Assembly (NCBI GenBank): GCA_964547625.1
Contig: CAZJOQ010000002.1
Span: 1-50,124 of the forward strand
From: an uncultured Nitrospira sp.
GTDB lineage: Bacteria > Nitrospirota > Nitrospiria > Nitrospirales > Nitrospiraceae
Direction: 5' to 3'
Length of the DNA: 50,124 bases
Positions 19,050 through 27,564 of the stretch are shown here, piece by piece. The translations under genes were made by a program, and so were the position numbers. How positions within the stretch are numbered: position 1 is the first letter of the stretch; every line of letters begins with the position of its first letter. The notes below the pieces were generated by a model. The model was not told the origin of the DNA. It saw only the letters and a list, made by a program, of their open reading frames with translations, and searched no databases.

Positions 19050-19969
19050 CTGAAATGAAGTTGCCGGAAGAATTAGAAGAACAGGCCATGCTCCATGCCC
19101 TCGGGGTGTTGGATCCTGAAGATCGTCAGGCCTTTCTGGCGAGACTCCAAGGAGAATCGGATCTCCTGCGTCAAGCGGCGAGGACCTATCAGGCCACCAC
19201 GGATGCATTGGCTTATGCGATGGCTCCGGTCATGCCTCCCTCGAGTCTTCGGGAACGGCTTGTCAATCGCGTTGCCGTGGAGGCTGCTCGCGAAACCGAG
19301 CAGTTCGAGTTAGCCGCCAATACACTGGCCTTAGGGGCTGTTCCTATAAAGCCACGGGATTCTGTGCGGGAGCGGCTCCTGTCCCAAATTGACAGGCATG
19401 CGGATGTGCGGGTGGATCTCAGGGAACCGGCTCCGGTCCCGGCCGAAACATCTACTCAGAAGGGCAATGGGTTGGTAGGTGAAGGGCAAAGTCCGGTGTT
19501 TCCAGAGGATATCTCTCTAGCCGGGTTACTGCGATCCTGTCGGACAGCTGTTGCGAACCTCCTGCGGATGCTTGTGATTCGTTCCATGACCTCTGAGCGG
19601 GTCAGGTATTGGAAGGCTAAGATCGCATTTCAACAGCCGACTAAAGGACTCACTTTTATCGGAGCGTCAGAGGGGACCTGGCGCGGAATCGCTCCGGGCG
19701 TGATGGCCAAAGTGCTGTCTTTCGATCGGACCTCCCGAAGGACCACCACGCTGCTTCGTTTTGCCCCGGGCACCAGCTATGCCCCTCATCGCCACACCGC
19801 AGTGGAAGAGCTTTTGGTGCTTGAAGGCGGGTGCAGCATCGCCGGTCATGAGATGACGGTCGGTGACTATCACCGTGCCGAAGCCGGGACCGTGCACCAC
19901 GATACGTCGACGGATGATGGATGTCTGCTGCTCGTGATTTCCTCTCCCCAGAACGAGATGTTGCAATAG
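19046..19969 (+). CDS. Anti-sigma factor with a C-terminal ChrR-like cupin domain
   Basis: GTGA overlap with the sigma gene. N-terminal ASD-like HALGVLDPED...PPSSLRERL; cupin PGTSYAPHRHTAVEELLVLEG...GDYHRAEAGTVH. Confidence 0.85.
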   Translation: MTEMKLPEELEEQAMLHALGVLDPEDRQAFLARLQGESDLLRQAARTYQATTDALAYAMAPVMPPSSLRERLVNRVAVEAARETEQFELAANTLALGAVPIKPRDSVRERLLSQIDRHADVRVDLREPAPVPAETSTQKGNGLVGEGQSPVFPEDISLAGLLRSCRTAVANLLRMLVIRSMTSERVRYWKAKIAFQQPTKGLTFIGASEGTWRGIAPGVMAKVLSFDRTSRRTTTLLRFAPGTSYAPHRHTAVEELLVLEGGCSIAGHEMTVGDYHRAEAGTVHHDTSTDDGCLLLVISSPQNEMLQ

Positions 19970-20075
19970 CGCTTCGCCTGGCCCCGTTTTCCTTTCGCCC
20001 ATACATCCAAACAAGCCGGTCGAGTCGTAGAGCAAACAGGAACAGAGCCGTCTGGGTTGCGATCTCTTCCTAATC

Positions 20076-20102
20076 GTGCTACGAAAACATATTTCATGCT
20101 AC
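20076..20102. promoter_or_regulatory. Putative NikR operator
   Basis: GTGCTAC-N13-ATGCTAC ending 18 bp upstream of the nikR ATG. As I recall, it resembles sites described for Arg-Gly-Ser type (Geobacter) NikR. Confidence 0.55.
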
Positions 20103-20120
20103 GAACGAGAGGGAGGCGGT

Positions 20121-20537
20121 ATGGACGAGCTGGTTCGGTTCGGCGTGTCGTTGGATCAGCGTCTCTTGGCGGATTTCGACCGTCATATCAGGCGAAGGCA
20201 TTATACGAATCGCTCAGAAGCACTCCGCGATCTGATTCGTGACAATTTAGTCGGAGATGAGTGGAATGACGATAAGGAGACGGTCGGCACCATTACGTTT
20301 GTGTACGACCATCATGTGAGAGACCTGACGAGCAAGTTGACCGATATTCAGCATGACTATCATGGGCAGATTCTGTCGGGGATGCATGTGCACCTCGATC
20401 ACAATCATTGCCTTGAAGTGCTGGTAGTGAAAGGCAGGGGGACGGAGATCAAGAAGGTGGCGGATGCGCTGGTATCGGTCAAGGGTGTGAAGCATGGGAA
20501 GTTGACGAGGACCACAACGGGAAAATCTCGTCGCTAA
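20121..20537 (+). CDS. nikR: Nickel-responsive transcriptional regulator NikR
   Basis: RHH motif VRFGVSLD...YTNRSEALRDLIR; Ni site YDHH, IQH, HVHLDHNHCLEV. ATG 20121 follows GGGAGG. Confidence 0.96.
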   Translation: MDELVRFGVSLDQRLLADFDRHIRRRHYTNRSEALRDLIRDNLVGDEWNDDKETVGTITFVYDHHVRDLTSKLTDIQHDYHGQILSGMHVHLDHNHCLEVLVVKGRGTEIKKVADALVSVKGVKHGKLTRTTTGKSRR

Positions 20538-20547
20538 CAGTTTTCGG

Positions 20548-22614
20548 ATGAAACCTCTATTGCCCAAACGATTGTCGTCCGTGATTTTTCCTATGTGCCT
20601 GGTGTCGGCCCTCTGTTGGGGAGACAGTGCATCTGGGCATGATCCCGATGAGCCTGAGCTGGAAGTGCCGGAAGTGGCCGTGCTTGGTGAAAAACCGGTG
20701 GCGGCGTCTTCTCAACAGTTCATCCCTGACAAAGAGATTATCTTGCAACCTCAAGGACGTCCTGCGCAGGTTCTTCGGCTGATCCCAGGCTTTGTGGCCG
20801 TTGAGCATTCCGGCGGAGCAGGGAAGGCGGATCAGTACTTTCTTCGGGGCTTCGACGCGGATCATGGGACAGATGTCGGCTTCTTTCTCGATGGGATGCC
20901 GATCAATCTGCGAACCCATGCGCATGGACAAGGCTACACGGATCTCAACTTCATTATTCCGGAGACGATCGAAGGAGTCGATGTTCACAAGGGCTCGTAC
21001 TTACCGGAGTATGGAGATTTTTCCACGGCGGGAGCAGTCAATTTTCGGACGCGCGACATGGTCAAAGAAGGAGTCATTCAGGGAGCGGGTGGGGAATTTA
21101 GCACGCAGCGGTACCTGCTGATGCTCTCTCCAACCAAAGACCGCGTGCGCACACTCTTCGCCGCAGAAGGATTCTACACAAACGGTCCGTACCTCCACGA
21201 CAATCAATATTATCGGACCAATCTGTTGGGTAAGGTCACGACGAATCTGACCGGAAGAGACGAGCTGAGCTTCAAGGCCACCTTCCTTCATTCCAAATGG
21301 GATGGTTCCGGTGAGATTCCTTTCCGTGCCGTGAGTACGGGTCTTCTGGACCGGTTCGGTTCCATCAATCCGTATGAAGGAGGTAACACACTCCGAACGA
21401 CAGGGAACTTGAACTATCACTACGACACCACCACGGGTGGTCAGTTTTTTGCGAATGCCTATGGCCAATATTATCGGCTGGACCTGTTCACGGATTTTAC
21501 ATTCTTCCTCAATGATCCCGTGAACGGCGACGGCTTCGCACAATTCGATCGTCGGGCCATCTATGGTGGCGATTTTGGTTTCAAGCAACGGATCGAACTG
21601 CTGGGCATGCCGACTATTGGGACCGTGGGATTTCAAACGAGAGTCGACGATGTTCATGCCAAATTGGGAACGCAGACCCTACGGACGCCGACCGGCACCA
21701 CCATCGACAGCGATGCCCGCACGGTATCCTATTCGCCCTTCATCAAGGCAGAGGTTCAGCCTCTGCCATGGGTTCGGTTTTCGGGAGGTGTCAGGGGAGA
21801 GTTTTTCACATTCGACGTAGGCAACCGATGCGCCACTTGTGCCGAACAGCCTGACGGTCGAAAGGGTTCCGGCATTATTCTCCCGAAGATGAGTATGATT
21901 CTCGGGCCCTGGGCAAAGACGGAATTCTTCGTGAACTACGGTGAAGGATTTCACAGCAATGATGCCCGATCAGCCGTGGCAATCGGAGCCTCTCCACTGG
22001 CGAGAGCGAGGAGCTATGAAGTCGGGGTCCGCTCCAGGCCGTGGGGCCCGCAAGGCCTCGAGTTGATTGCCACAGCATGGCGATTGGATCTCAAGTCAGA
22101 ACTCGTGTTGGTCGGCGACGAAGGGACCACTGAGATTCGCGGAGCCACCAGGCGTCAGGGGGTAGAAGTCGCCGCCCGGGGGCAAGTCTGGGGCCCGCTC
22201 TACGTCAATGGCAGCTTTACCTGGACCCATGCAGAATTTCGAAACGGAGACGCTATCCCTCTGGCGCCGGAGTATACCGCCTATGGAGCGGCCATCTTAC
22301 AATGGCCGGAGGGCTTGACGTCTCAAATACAGGCGACTTACCTCGGAGTTCGGCCGCTCATCGAGGATCGGAGCATCAAGTCTCCTTCGTGGATCACATT
22401 CGATCTTTCCGAGCGGTATCGTGTGCCGGTCAAATTGCCTCATGGTCGGCTGGAGGCCTTTCTTTTCGTGCAAAACCTGTTCAACACCAAGTGGGAACAG
22501 GCTATATTTGCGTTCGACTCGCGTCTGCAGAACGAGCCGACGGGGGTGACCGACATTCATTTTGTACCGGGCAATCCGCGGACGGTGATGGGTGGACTGG
22601 CCTGGTATTTTTGA
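20548..22614 (+). CDS. TonB-dependent outer membrane receptor (probably Ni/metal)
   Basis: Signal peptide; plug with HSGGAGKADQYFLRGFDADHGTD and HAHGQGYTDLNF; barrel end NLFN...PGNPRT...WYF. Starts 10 bp after nikR. Confidence 0.92.
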   Translation: MKPLLPKRLSSVIFPMCLVSALCWGDSASGHDPDEPELEVPEVAVLGEKPVAASSQQFIPDKEIILQPQGRPAQVLRLIPGFVAVEHSGGAGKADQYFLRGFDADHGTDVGFFLDGMPINLRTHAHGQGYTDLNFIIPETIEGVDVHKGSYLPEYGDFSTAGAVNFRTRDMVKEGVIQGAGGEFSTQRYLLMLSPTKDRVRTLFAAEGFYTNGPYLHDNQYYRTNLLGKVTTNLTGRDELSFKATFLHSKWDGSGEIPFRAVSTGLLDRFGSINPYEGGNTLRTTGNLNYHYDTTTGGQFFANAYGQYYRLDLFTDFTFFLNDPVNGDGFAQFDRRAIYGGDFGFKQRIELLGMPTIGTVGFQTRVDDVHAKLGTQTLRTPTGTTIDSDARTVSYSPFIKAEVQPLPWVRFSGGVRGEFFTFDVGNRCATCAEQPDGRKGSGIILPKMSMILGPWAKTEFFVNYGEGFHSNDARSAVAIGASPLARARSYEVGVRSRPWGPQGLELIATAWRLDLKSELVLVGDEGTTEIRGATRRQGVEVAARGQVWGPLYVNGSFTWTHAEFRNGDAIPLAPEYTAYGAAILQWPEGLTSQIQATYLGVRPLIEDRSIKSPSWITFDLSERYRVPVKLPHGRLEAFLFVQNLFNTKWEQAIFAFDSRLQNEPTGVTDIHFVPGNPRTVMGGLAWYF

Positions 22615-22616
22615 TC

Positions 22617-22736
22617 GACTGCTGAACACAGCTTCCAAGGGCGTTCTCGGTTACGCAGGCCGTCAACGTACATGGTAAAGTACGACTCGCGTCATCGTCG
22701 TCCTTCGCCTTTATTGGAGAATCGTTTTCACCAGTC
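22617..22736. repeat. Degenerate ~120 bp palindromic intergenic element (MITE/REP-like)
   Basis: Imperfect terminal inverted repeats GACTGCTGAACACAGCTTCCAA and TTGGAGAATCGTTTTCACCAGTC, plus an internal CGTAC...GTACG dyad. Confidence 0.45.
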
Positions 22737-22767
22737 GGTGGGAATGCTGAAGCAGAAGTAAAAACGA

Positions 22768-23298
22768 ATGATCCTTCCCCAATCCTATTTCAGTCGTCCT
22801 ACACTGGTTGTCGCTCGCTCCCTGGTCGGTAAGTATTTGGTGCGTGAGAACGGGAAGGGAACGATTCTTGGAAAAATCATCGAAGTGGAAGCGTACGTCG
22901 GCGTAGAGGACAAAGCTTGTCATGCCTCGAAGGGGAGAACTGCGAGAACTGAGATCTTGTTCGGTCCCCCAGGGATCTCCTATATTTACCTGATCTATGG
23001 CATGTACTACATGTTGAATGTGGTGACTGAGCGACCGGAATTTCCCGCGGCCGTGCTGATTCGAGCGATTGAAGTCGATGGCGAGTTGATTGATGGTCCC
23101 GGGAAGCTGTGCCGTGAGCTGGAGATCGATCGATCATTGCATCGACTCGATATGACGAATGGACAGGCGCTGTGGTTCGAGGATCGCGGTGGAAGGGTGG
23201 CCTCTAGGCAGCTCGGCACCTTCCCCAGAATCGGCGTAGACTATGCAGGTGCGTGGGCAAAAGAACCTTGGCGGTTTCGGTTGATCAAAACTGACTAA
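22768..23298 (+). CDS. mpg: DNA-3-methyladenine glycosylase (MPG/AAG family)
   Basis: Motifs IIEVEAYVG.EDKACHA, YIYLIYGMY, AVLIRA, GPGKLC and PRIGV. Confidence 0.95.
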   Translation: MILPQSYFSRPTLVVARSLVGKYLVRENGKGTILGKIIEVEAYVGVEDKACHASKGRTARTEILFGPPGISYIYLIYGMYYMLNVVTERPEFPAAVLIRAIEVDGELIDGPGKLCRELEIDRSLHRLDMTNGQALWFEDRGGRVASRQLGTFPRIGVDYAGAWAKEPWRFRLIKTD

Positions 23299-23343
23299 GG
23301 AAGATGAATTGTTTCAGATACGGAAAGAATCCGGACGGGTGAA

Positions 23344-23378
23344 ACAGGGGGAGGCTTGAAGCCCAAGCCTCCCCCTGT
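23344..23378. terminator. Hairpin between convergent genes, probable bidirectional terminator
   Basis: Perfect 15 bp stem ACAGGGGGAGGCTTG-aagcc-CAAGCCTCCCCCTGT. Confidence 0.8.
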
Positions 23379-23392
23379 GGATAGATGAGAAG

Positions 23393-23761
23393 TCAGTCGA
23401 TCTTACGATCGCCGGTGATCTTGGTTGCAGAGGTCACCGGTGGAGCAATCTTGATGTCCGGTCCCTGTACGTCTGGAAGCCTGCCGGCGCCCTGCGTTTG
23501 AGTGATCCGCGCATTGTCCGTCTTCACAAGCTCTTGCTTGCTGTGGTGATCGTCAAATCCCGCTGCCTTCAGCAGAGAGGATTCCCCACCCGCGTTTGCC
23601 TGGCCGGGATCGTTCGCGGTCGGCTGGCCGGTTACCGGACTGCCTGAGTTTTGCATCGGGTAACCCTCATGTTTGGGGAGCAACGCTGGGTTTGCCGACG
23701 CGACGGAGCACGCCAGCAGGATTGATGAAGCTGTCGCAAGCACACCGGTAAAAATTTTCAT
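23393..23761 (-). CDS. Hypothetical secreted protein
   Basis: Signal peptide MKIFTGVLATASSILLACSVASA; ATG 23761 follows AAGGGAG. Confidence 0.75.
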   Translation of the reverse strand: MKIFTGVLATASSILLACSVASANPALLPKHEGYPMQNSGSPVTGQPTANDPGQANAGGESSLLKAAGFDDHHSKQELVKTDNARITQTQGAGRLPDVQGPDIKIAPPVTSATKITGDRKID

Positions 23762-23966
23762 ACCTGCTCTCCCTTTGAAAAAGAAGGACGAATGATCATC
23801 ATGCGTTCCGAGTTGTCGAGTGTGGGCCCACGCGGGCAGAATCATAGCGATCGAGGGTCGTCCTGTCAAACAGACCAAGGTGTGACGGAATTTCCGGCTC
23901 GGATACGGTCAAGGCGTCGTGAACGAACCGGCAAAAAGTGGATCATGCACGATGAAGCGAGCCTCG

Positions 23967-25814
23967 TCAGGTCGGTCGGCGAGGGGGACGCCGGCCATGT
24001 CCACGATGTCGAAATGCCGGTCCACGGCTGACCCCAGGAAGACGAATAGTGACGGTGGTCCCTTCACCGACGGCACTGCTGATGGCGATCGTTCCGCCGT
24101 GTTCTTCGACGATTTTTTTGACGCTGGGGAGACCCAGCCCGATACCTGAGCGCTTCGTGGTGAAGAAGGGCTCAAAGACTTTGTCGACAAGTTCATCGGG
24201 GATAGGAACGCCGTCGTTCTTAATAAGAATTTGAACTTCCAGCCCGCGACCGGCACGATGCTGCGAGACCTGGATATGAAGATGGCCGCCGGGAGACATC
24301 GCTTCAGATGCGTTCCGGAAGATGCTCAGGAATGTCTGCTGGAGCTTGGCCTCATCGCCACGCACCGGAGCGATGACATTGGCGTAGTCCTTGGTGACTT
24401 GAATGCGGGTCGCCTCAAGATCAGTGCCGACCACCACCAGCGCGCTCTCGAGTACCTCCGGAATCCGGCAGAGATGGCGATTGAGTTCGAGTGGCTTGGC
24501 GAAGTCAAGGATTTCATTGAGAATGGCTTCGATCCGGATCAAATCACGCATGGCATTTTCGACTCGCGTCTGTGGATCGAAGTCGAGAATCCCTTCGCCG
24601 GTCACTTCTTCTAGTTGAGATCGAATAGAGGCCAGCGGCTCACGGATATCTGTCGCTAAAAAGGCGCTGAACTCGCCGATAGCGGCCTGGCGTTCCTGCT
24701 TTCGAATGATGGGTTCCGAGGGACCATTCGAGATGGGTTGGAGGTCTGTCGTTCCCGGATTGGTCGTCATCGGAGGGATGGAAGCCTGTGGTGCAGGTGC
24801 TTGCAACAGTTCCGCGAGTTTTAGAATGATGGGTTCCAGTGTGCGGGCGTCGGTGGTTTGGTACCGGTCTGAGTCCTTGGCTCCCAGTGTAATGGTTCCA
24901 CCGACCTGACCCTTGACGAAAAATGGAATCACCAGTGAAGACTGAAACCGGTCTCTGAAGAGATGCTTGTGATCGAGAAAGCGGCCTTGCGTGGAGGCCA
25001 GATCGTGATCTACACGCGGCTTTCGATGGCGCACCGCCCATCCCGCAGCCGAACTATCCAGGGTGAGGCGCTGACCGGGCTTCAACTCCTTCTTTGCGTC
25101 TTTCTGTTCACCCTTCAGATCGCCGACAAGACCCAAGACCTCGACGTTTCCCGCCAGGGGATCGTAGAAGCAGGCCCAGGCTCGATCATAGGCGACATAT
25201 TGATGAGCATCGGCTAAGGCCGCTTCGATCTTCCCTTGGAGTTCGGGCGAGGAGTGTTTGGTGACCGGTGGATAGAGGTCCGCTCCGGTTGGCTGTGGGG
25301 GGCAGGGTTCCTGAGCGACATAGGGCCGGCTCATGACCACGTTCGTATTGAAGAGCCCTTCACGGTCCAACGCTTTGGTCATGCCGTCGCACATTTGTTC
25401 AAGCTGCGACTTCTCCTTTTTGGAGAACGCCGCGCCTTCTTTTCGTCCGATGATTAGGCAGCCGTAGACGCGGTTGAGATGACGAAGTGGGACGGCGAGC
25501 AGGGACTTGGCTCCGGGGGTAATCAACCGCAGGCGAATCGTGCGGCTGCCTTCTTGGTCTTGCACGGTCGTCGACAGGACAGAGGTCCGATGATTCGACA
25601 GGGTGCGGAGAATAGCTTGAACATCCCTGTTGGTGAATCCGCGCGAGGCATGTTCGATTAGCGGCCCATTCTCTTGATGGAAGATCGCCGCCAGGACTGA
25701 ATCCGTGCCGAGGTCGTTGAGCGCGGCATTCAGCGTCCGTTGCAGGTGCGTTTCCGGTGCCGGTTTGGCTTGAGGAGTCGACGTCGTCATACGTTTCAGT
25801 ACAGGCGCGCGCAT
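23967..25814 (-). CDS. Double-GAF sensor histidine kinase-like protein lacking the phospho-acceptor His
   Basis: Two GAF domains; HisKA-like FLATDIREPL; HATPase N, F and G2 boxes (RNASEAM, VFEPFFTTK, GIGLGL). Start may be 25790. Confidence 0.85.
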   Translation of the reverse strand: MRAPVLKRMTTSTPQAKPAPETHLQRTLNAALNDLGTDSVLAAIFHQENGPLIEHASRGFTNRDVQAILRTLSNHRTSVLSTTVQDQEGSRTIRLRLITPGAKSLLAVPLRHLNRVYGCLIIGRKEGAAFSKKEKSQLEQMCDGMTKALDREGLFNTNVVMSRPYVAQEPCPPQPTGADLYPPVTKHSSPELQGKIEAALADAHQYVAYDRAWACFYDPLAGNVEVLGLVGDLKGEQKDAKKELKPGQRLTLDSSAAGWAVRHRKPRVDHDLASTQGRFLDHKHLFRDRFQSSLVIPFFVKGQVGGTITLGAKDSDRYQTTDARTLEPIILKLAELLQAPAPQASIPPMTTNPGTTDLQPISNGPSEPIIRKQERQAAIGEFSAFLATDIREPLASIRSQLEEVTGEGILDFDPQTRVENAMRDLIRIEAILNEILDFAKPLELNRHLCRIPEVLESALVVVGTDLEATRIQVTKDYANVIAPVRGDEAKLQQTFLSIFRNASEAMSPGGHLHIQVSQHRAGRGLEVQILIKNDGVPIPDELVDKVFEPFFTTKRSGIGLGLPSVKKIVEEHGGTIAISSAVGEGTTVTIRLPGVSRGPAFRHRGHGRRPPRRPT

Positions 25815-25939
25815 TGTAGCCGGAACGTTCGCGAATAGCTACTCTCTCAGAAGTCGCTGCAAGAGTTTGTTTTCTTCATTCACTCTCGTGTGCGACGAGA
25901 TGATTTCTTCGTCTGAAGGGCATAAGCTGAGCTACCGTC

Positions 25940-26070
25940 GTGAGCGATGAACTCGACGTGCTAAAATCGGTTGCGGCACGGTTGGAGGCGTCCGGCCCGC
26001 AGTAGATGATGACGGGCTCGATGGCGGCGAACTTTTACGCCACCTTGCCACAGGTGACTATTAACTTTCA
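25940..26070 (+). pseudogene. Nucleotidyltransferase-family remnant
   Basis: MSDELDVLKSVAARLEASGPQ*MMTGSMAANFYA has the N-terminal 'Y-M-x-T-G-S' motif of minimal nucleotidyltransferases with Tyr replaced by TAG; similarity is lost afterwards. Confidence 0.55.
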
Positions 26071-26288
26071 GGGAATCGGGTTGGGCTCGATCAACCCCAA
26101 GCTATTGTTGGCGCCCTTCAATAAACGGTTGGGCCCCAAGGGCCTTTAGTCTTTCGATCGCCGAAAATGGCCTGTTCAATAATGATTCCCTTCCTCTCGT
26201 ACCACCTGACGGCGTCCTAGACGCAGAAGGAAGATGACTGCTTGCTCACTACATGTGCGCGCAGATCATCTCCTCGGTGGGTAACGGA

Positions 26289-26690
26289 TTATGCATCCAG
26301 TTCGGCGAGGAAGTCTGCCAATGAGATGATCGCATAATCCGCGTGACGTCTCAGTCATAGAAGATGTCGATCCCCTGAAACAATCCGCTGCGCCTGCCCA
26401 GCGACAGCGCATTCGAGGATGCGATTATCCGGCTCGTCCTTGAGAATGTGCAGCGTTGGGCGTAGAGGGAGTACGATTGCGACCTGACTGATTGCTTGAA
26501 TGGCCTGCCGAATCCTCTCTTCTTCCCACTCGAATTTCGTCTGAAGCACTCTGGAAGTTTCTGTCAGAATAGCCACTGAGGTATAGAGCTCGAACCTGCC
26601 TCTGATCGCTTAGAGGTAGGCGGCTTCAGCATTGCCGGCAGGAAAGACAAGAGCGGAGATGTAGATGTTGGTGTCGAAGACGAGGCGCAC
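26289..26690 (-). pseudogene. PIN-domain toxin pseudogene
   Basis: MRLVFDTNIYISAL...DEPDNRILECAVAGQAQRIVSGDRHLL over 134 codons, with two in-frame stops (about 26610 and 26355). Confidence 0.85.
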
Positions 26691-26737
26691 GTTCAGCGGC
26701 CTTGAAATACCTTATCAAGCAGCATACGAGGGTTTAA

Positions 26738-26896
26738 TATTTTTCCCCCGGTGGTGGAGTTGCGGATACTCGTAGCGGAGTCATCACGTCCCTGACGGCC
26801 GGGCCGGAGCCGAACGCACTGGAGCTGACCGGAATGGGCCTGCTCTTGCTAATCGGCGGCGCGATGAGGCGTCGATGGGTAGCCCGACCCCAGTAG
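26738..26896 (+). pseudogene. Orphan PEP-CTERM sorting-signal remnant
   Basis: ...ITSLTAGPEPNALELTGMGLLLLIGGAMRRRWVARPQ* has PEP, a TM segment and an Arg cluster. There is an in-frame TAA at 26735 and no start codon before the PEP motif. Confidence 0.6.
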
Positions 26897-27175
26897 TGTA
26901 GTGTCATCGCGAAGTTTTCTAGCTAGTTCAGACTTCTGTTTCTGTCTCAGGGGGTGACTGCTCTGCTCCCGATAGGCAGCCCATAACGAGAGAAACGGCA
27001 GCTATCTCTCCACTCACGCGTATCGAAACTGATACGGGGTGGATCAATCGCATCCACTCTCCCTGCTCGTCATACTTCAGATAAGCGTTAGACCAATCAC
27101 ATGATTGACGGTATTCGCCACTTTTCCCGTGACTTATAACCAAAGATCCAGAGTAAGTACAGAGCAATCTCGAAC

Positions 27176-27191
27176 TGGCACGCGAGTTGCT
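27176..27191 (+). promoter_or_regulatory. Sigma-54 (RpoN) -24/-12 promoter
   Basis: TGGCACGCGAGTTGCT matches the consensus TGGCAC-N5-TTGCW exactly and lies in an intergenic region. Confidence 0.75.
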
Positions 27192-27287
27192 CGTTAGCCA
27201 GAAGTGGCAGGAATAGGATCGGAGGCGCCACCGATTCTAGACGTACACAACCATTTACGACCATACGAAGTAAGAGGGAGGAATATT

Positions 27288-27443
27288 ATGTTTAGTGATA
27301 CGACTATCTTAATAATTTGGTGCTTGTTAAATATGGCGATCATGATGGTGATGATGTTCCTCTGGTACATATCCAGGTTGAGCAGCGAGATGAGTCGCCA
27401 GGAAAGTATGGTTTCTGAGAAACGACCTGATCGAAGGTCCTAA
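27288..27443 (+). CDS. Small single-pass membrane protein (51 aa)
   Basis: Strong RBS GAGGGAGGA before ATG 27288; one Met-rich TM segment; downstream of the sigma-54 promoter. Confidence 0.55.
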   Translation: MFSDTTILIIWCLLNMAIMMVMMFLWYISRLSSEMSRQESMVSEKRPDRRS

Positions 27444-27564
27444 CGGGAAAAAGGGCATCATAGATTGCGGCTATCTATACGTGGCGCAATTGCTCACAGA
27501 AACACAATCGCAGGTTTCGTGGGGATCTCAGTTTGGATCGATGATCTGAGGCGGACGACGAATA

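Noticed and set aside
26928-27167. 79-aa minus-strand ORF
   Set aside because: Weak start, no recognisable motif, and it lies in the probable upstream regulatory region of the sigma-54 promoter.
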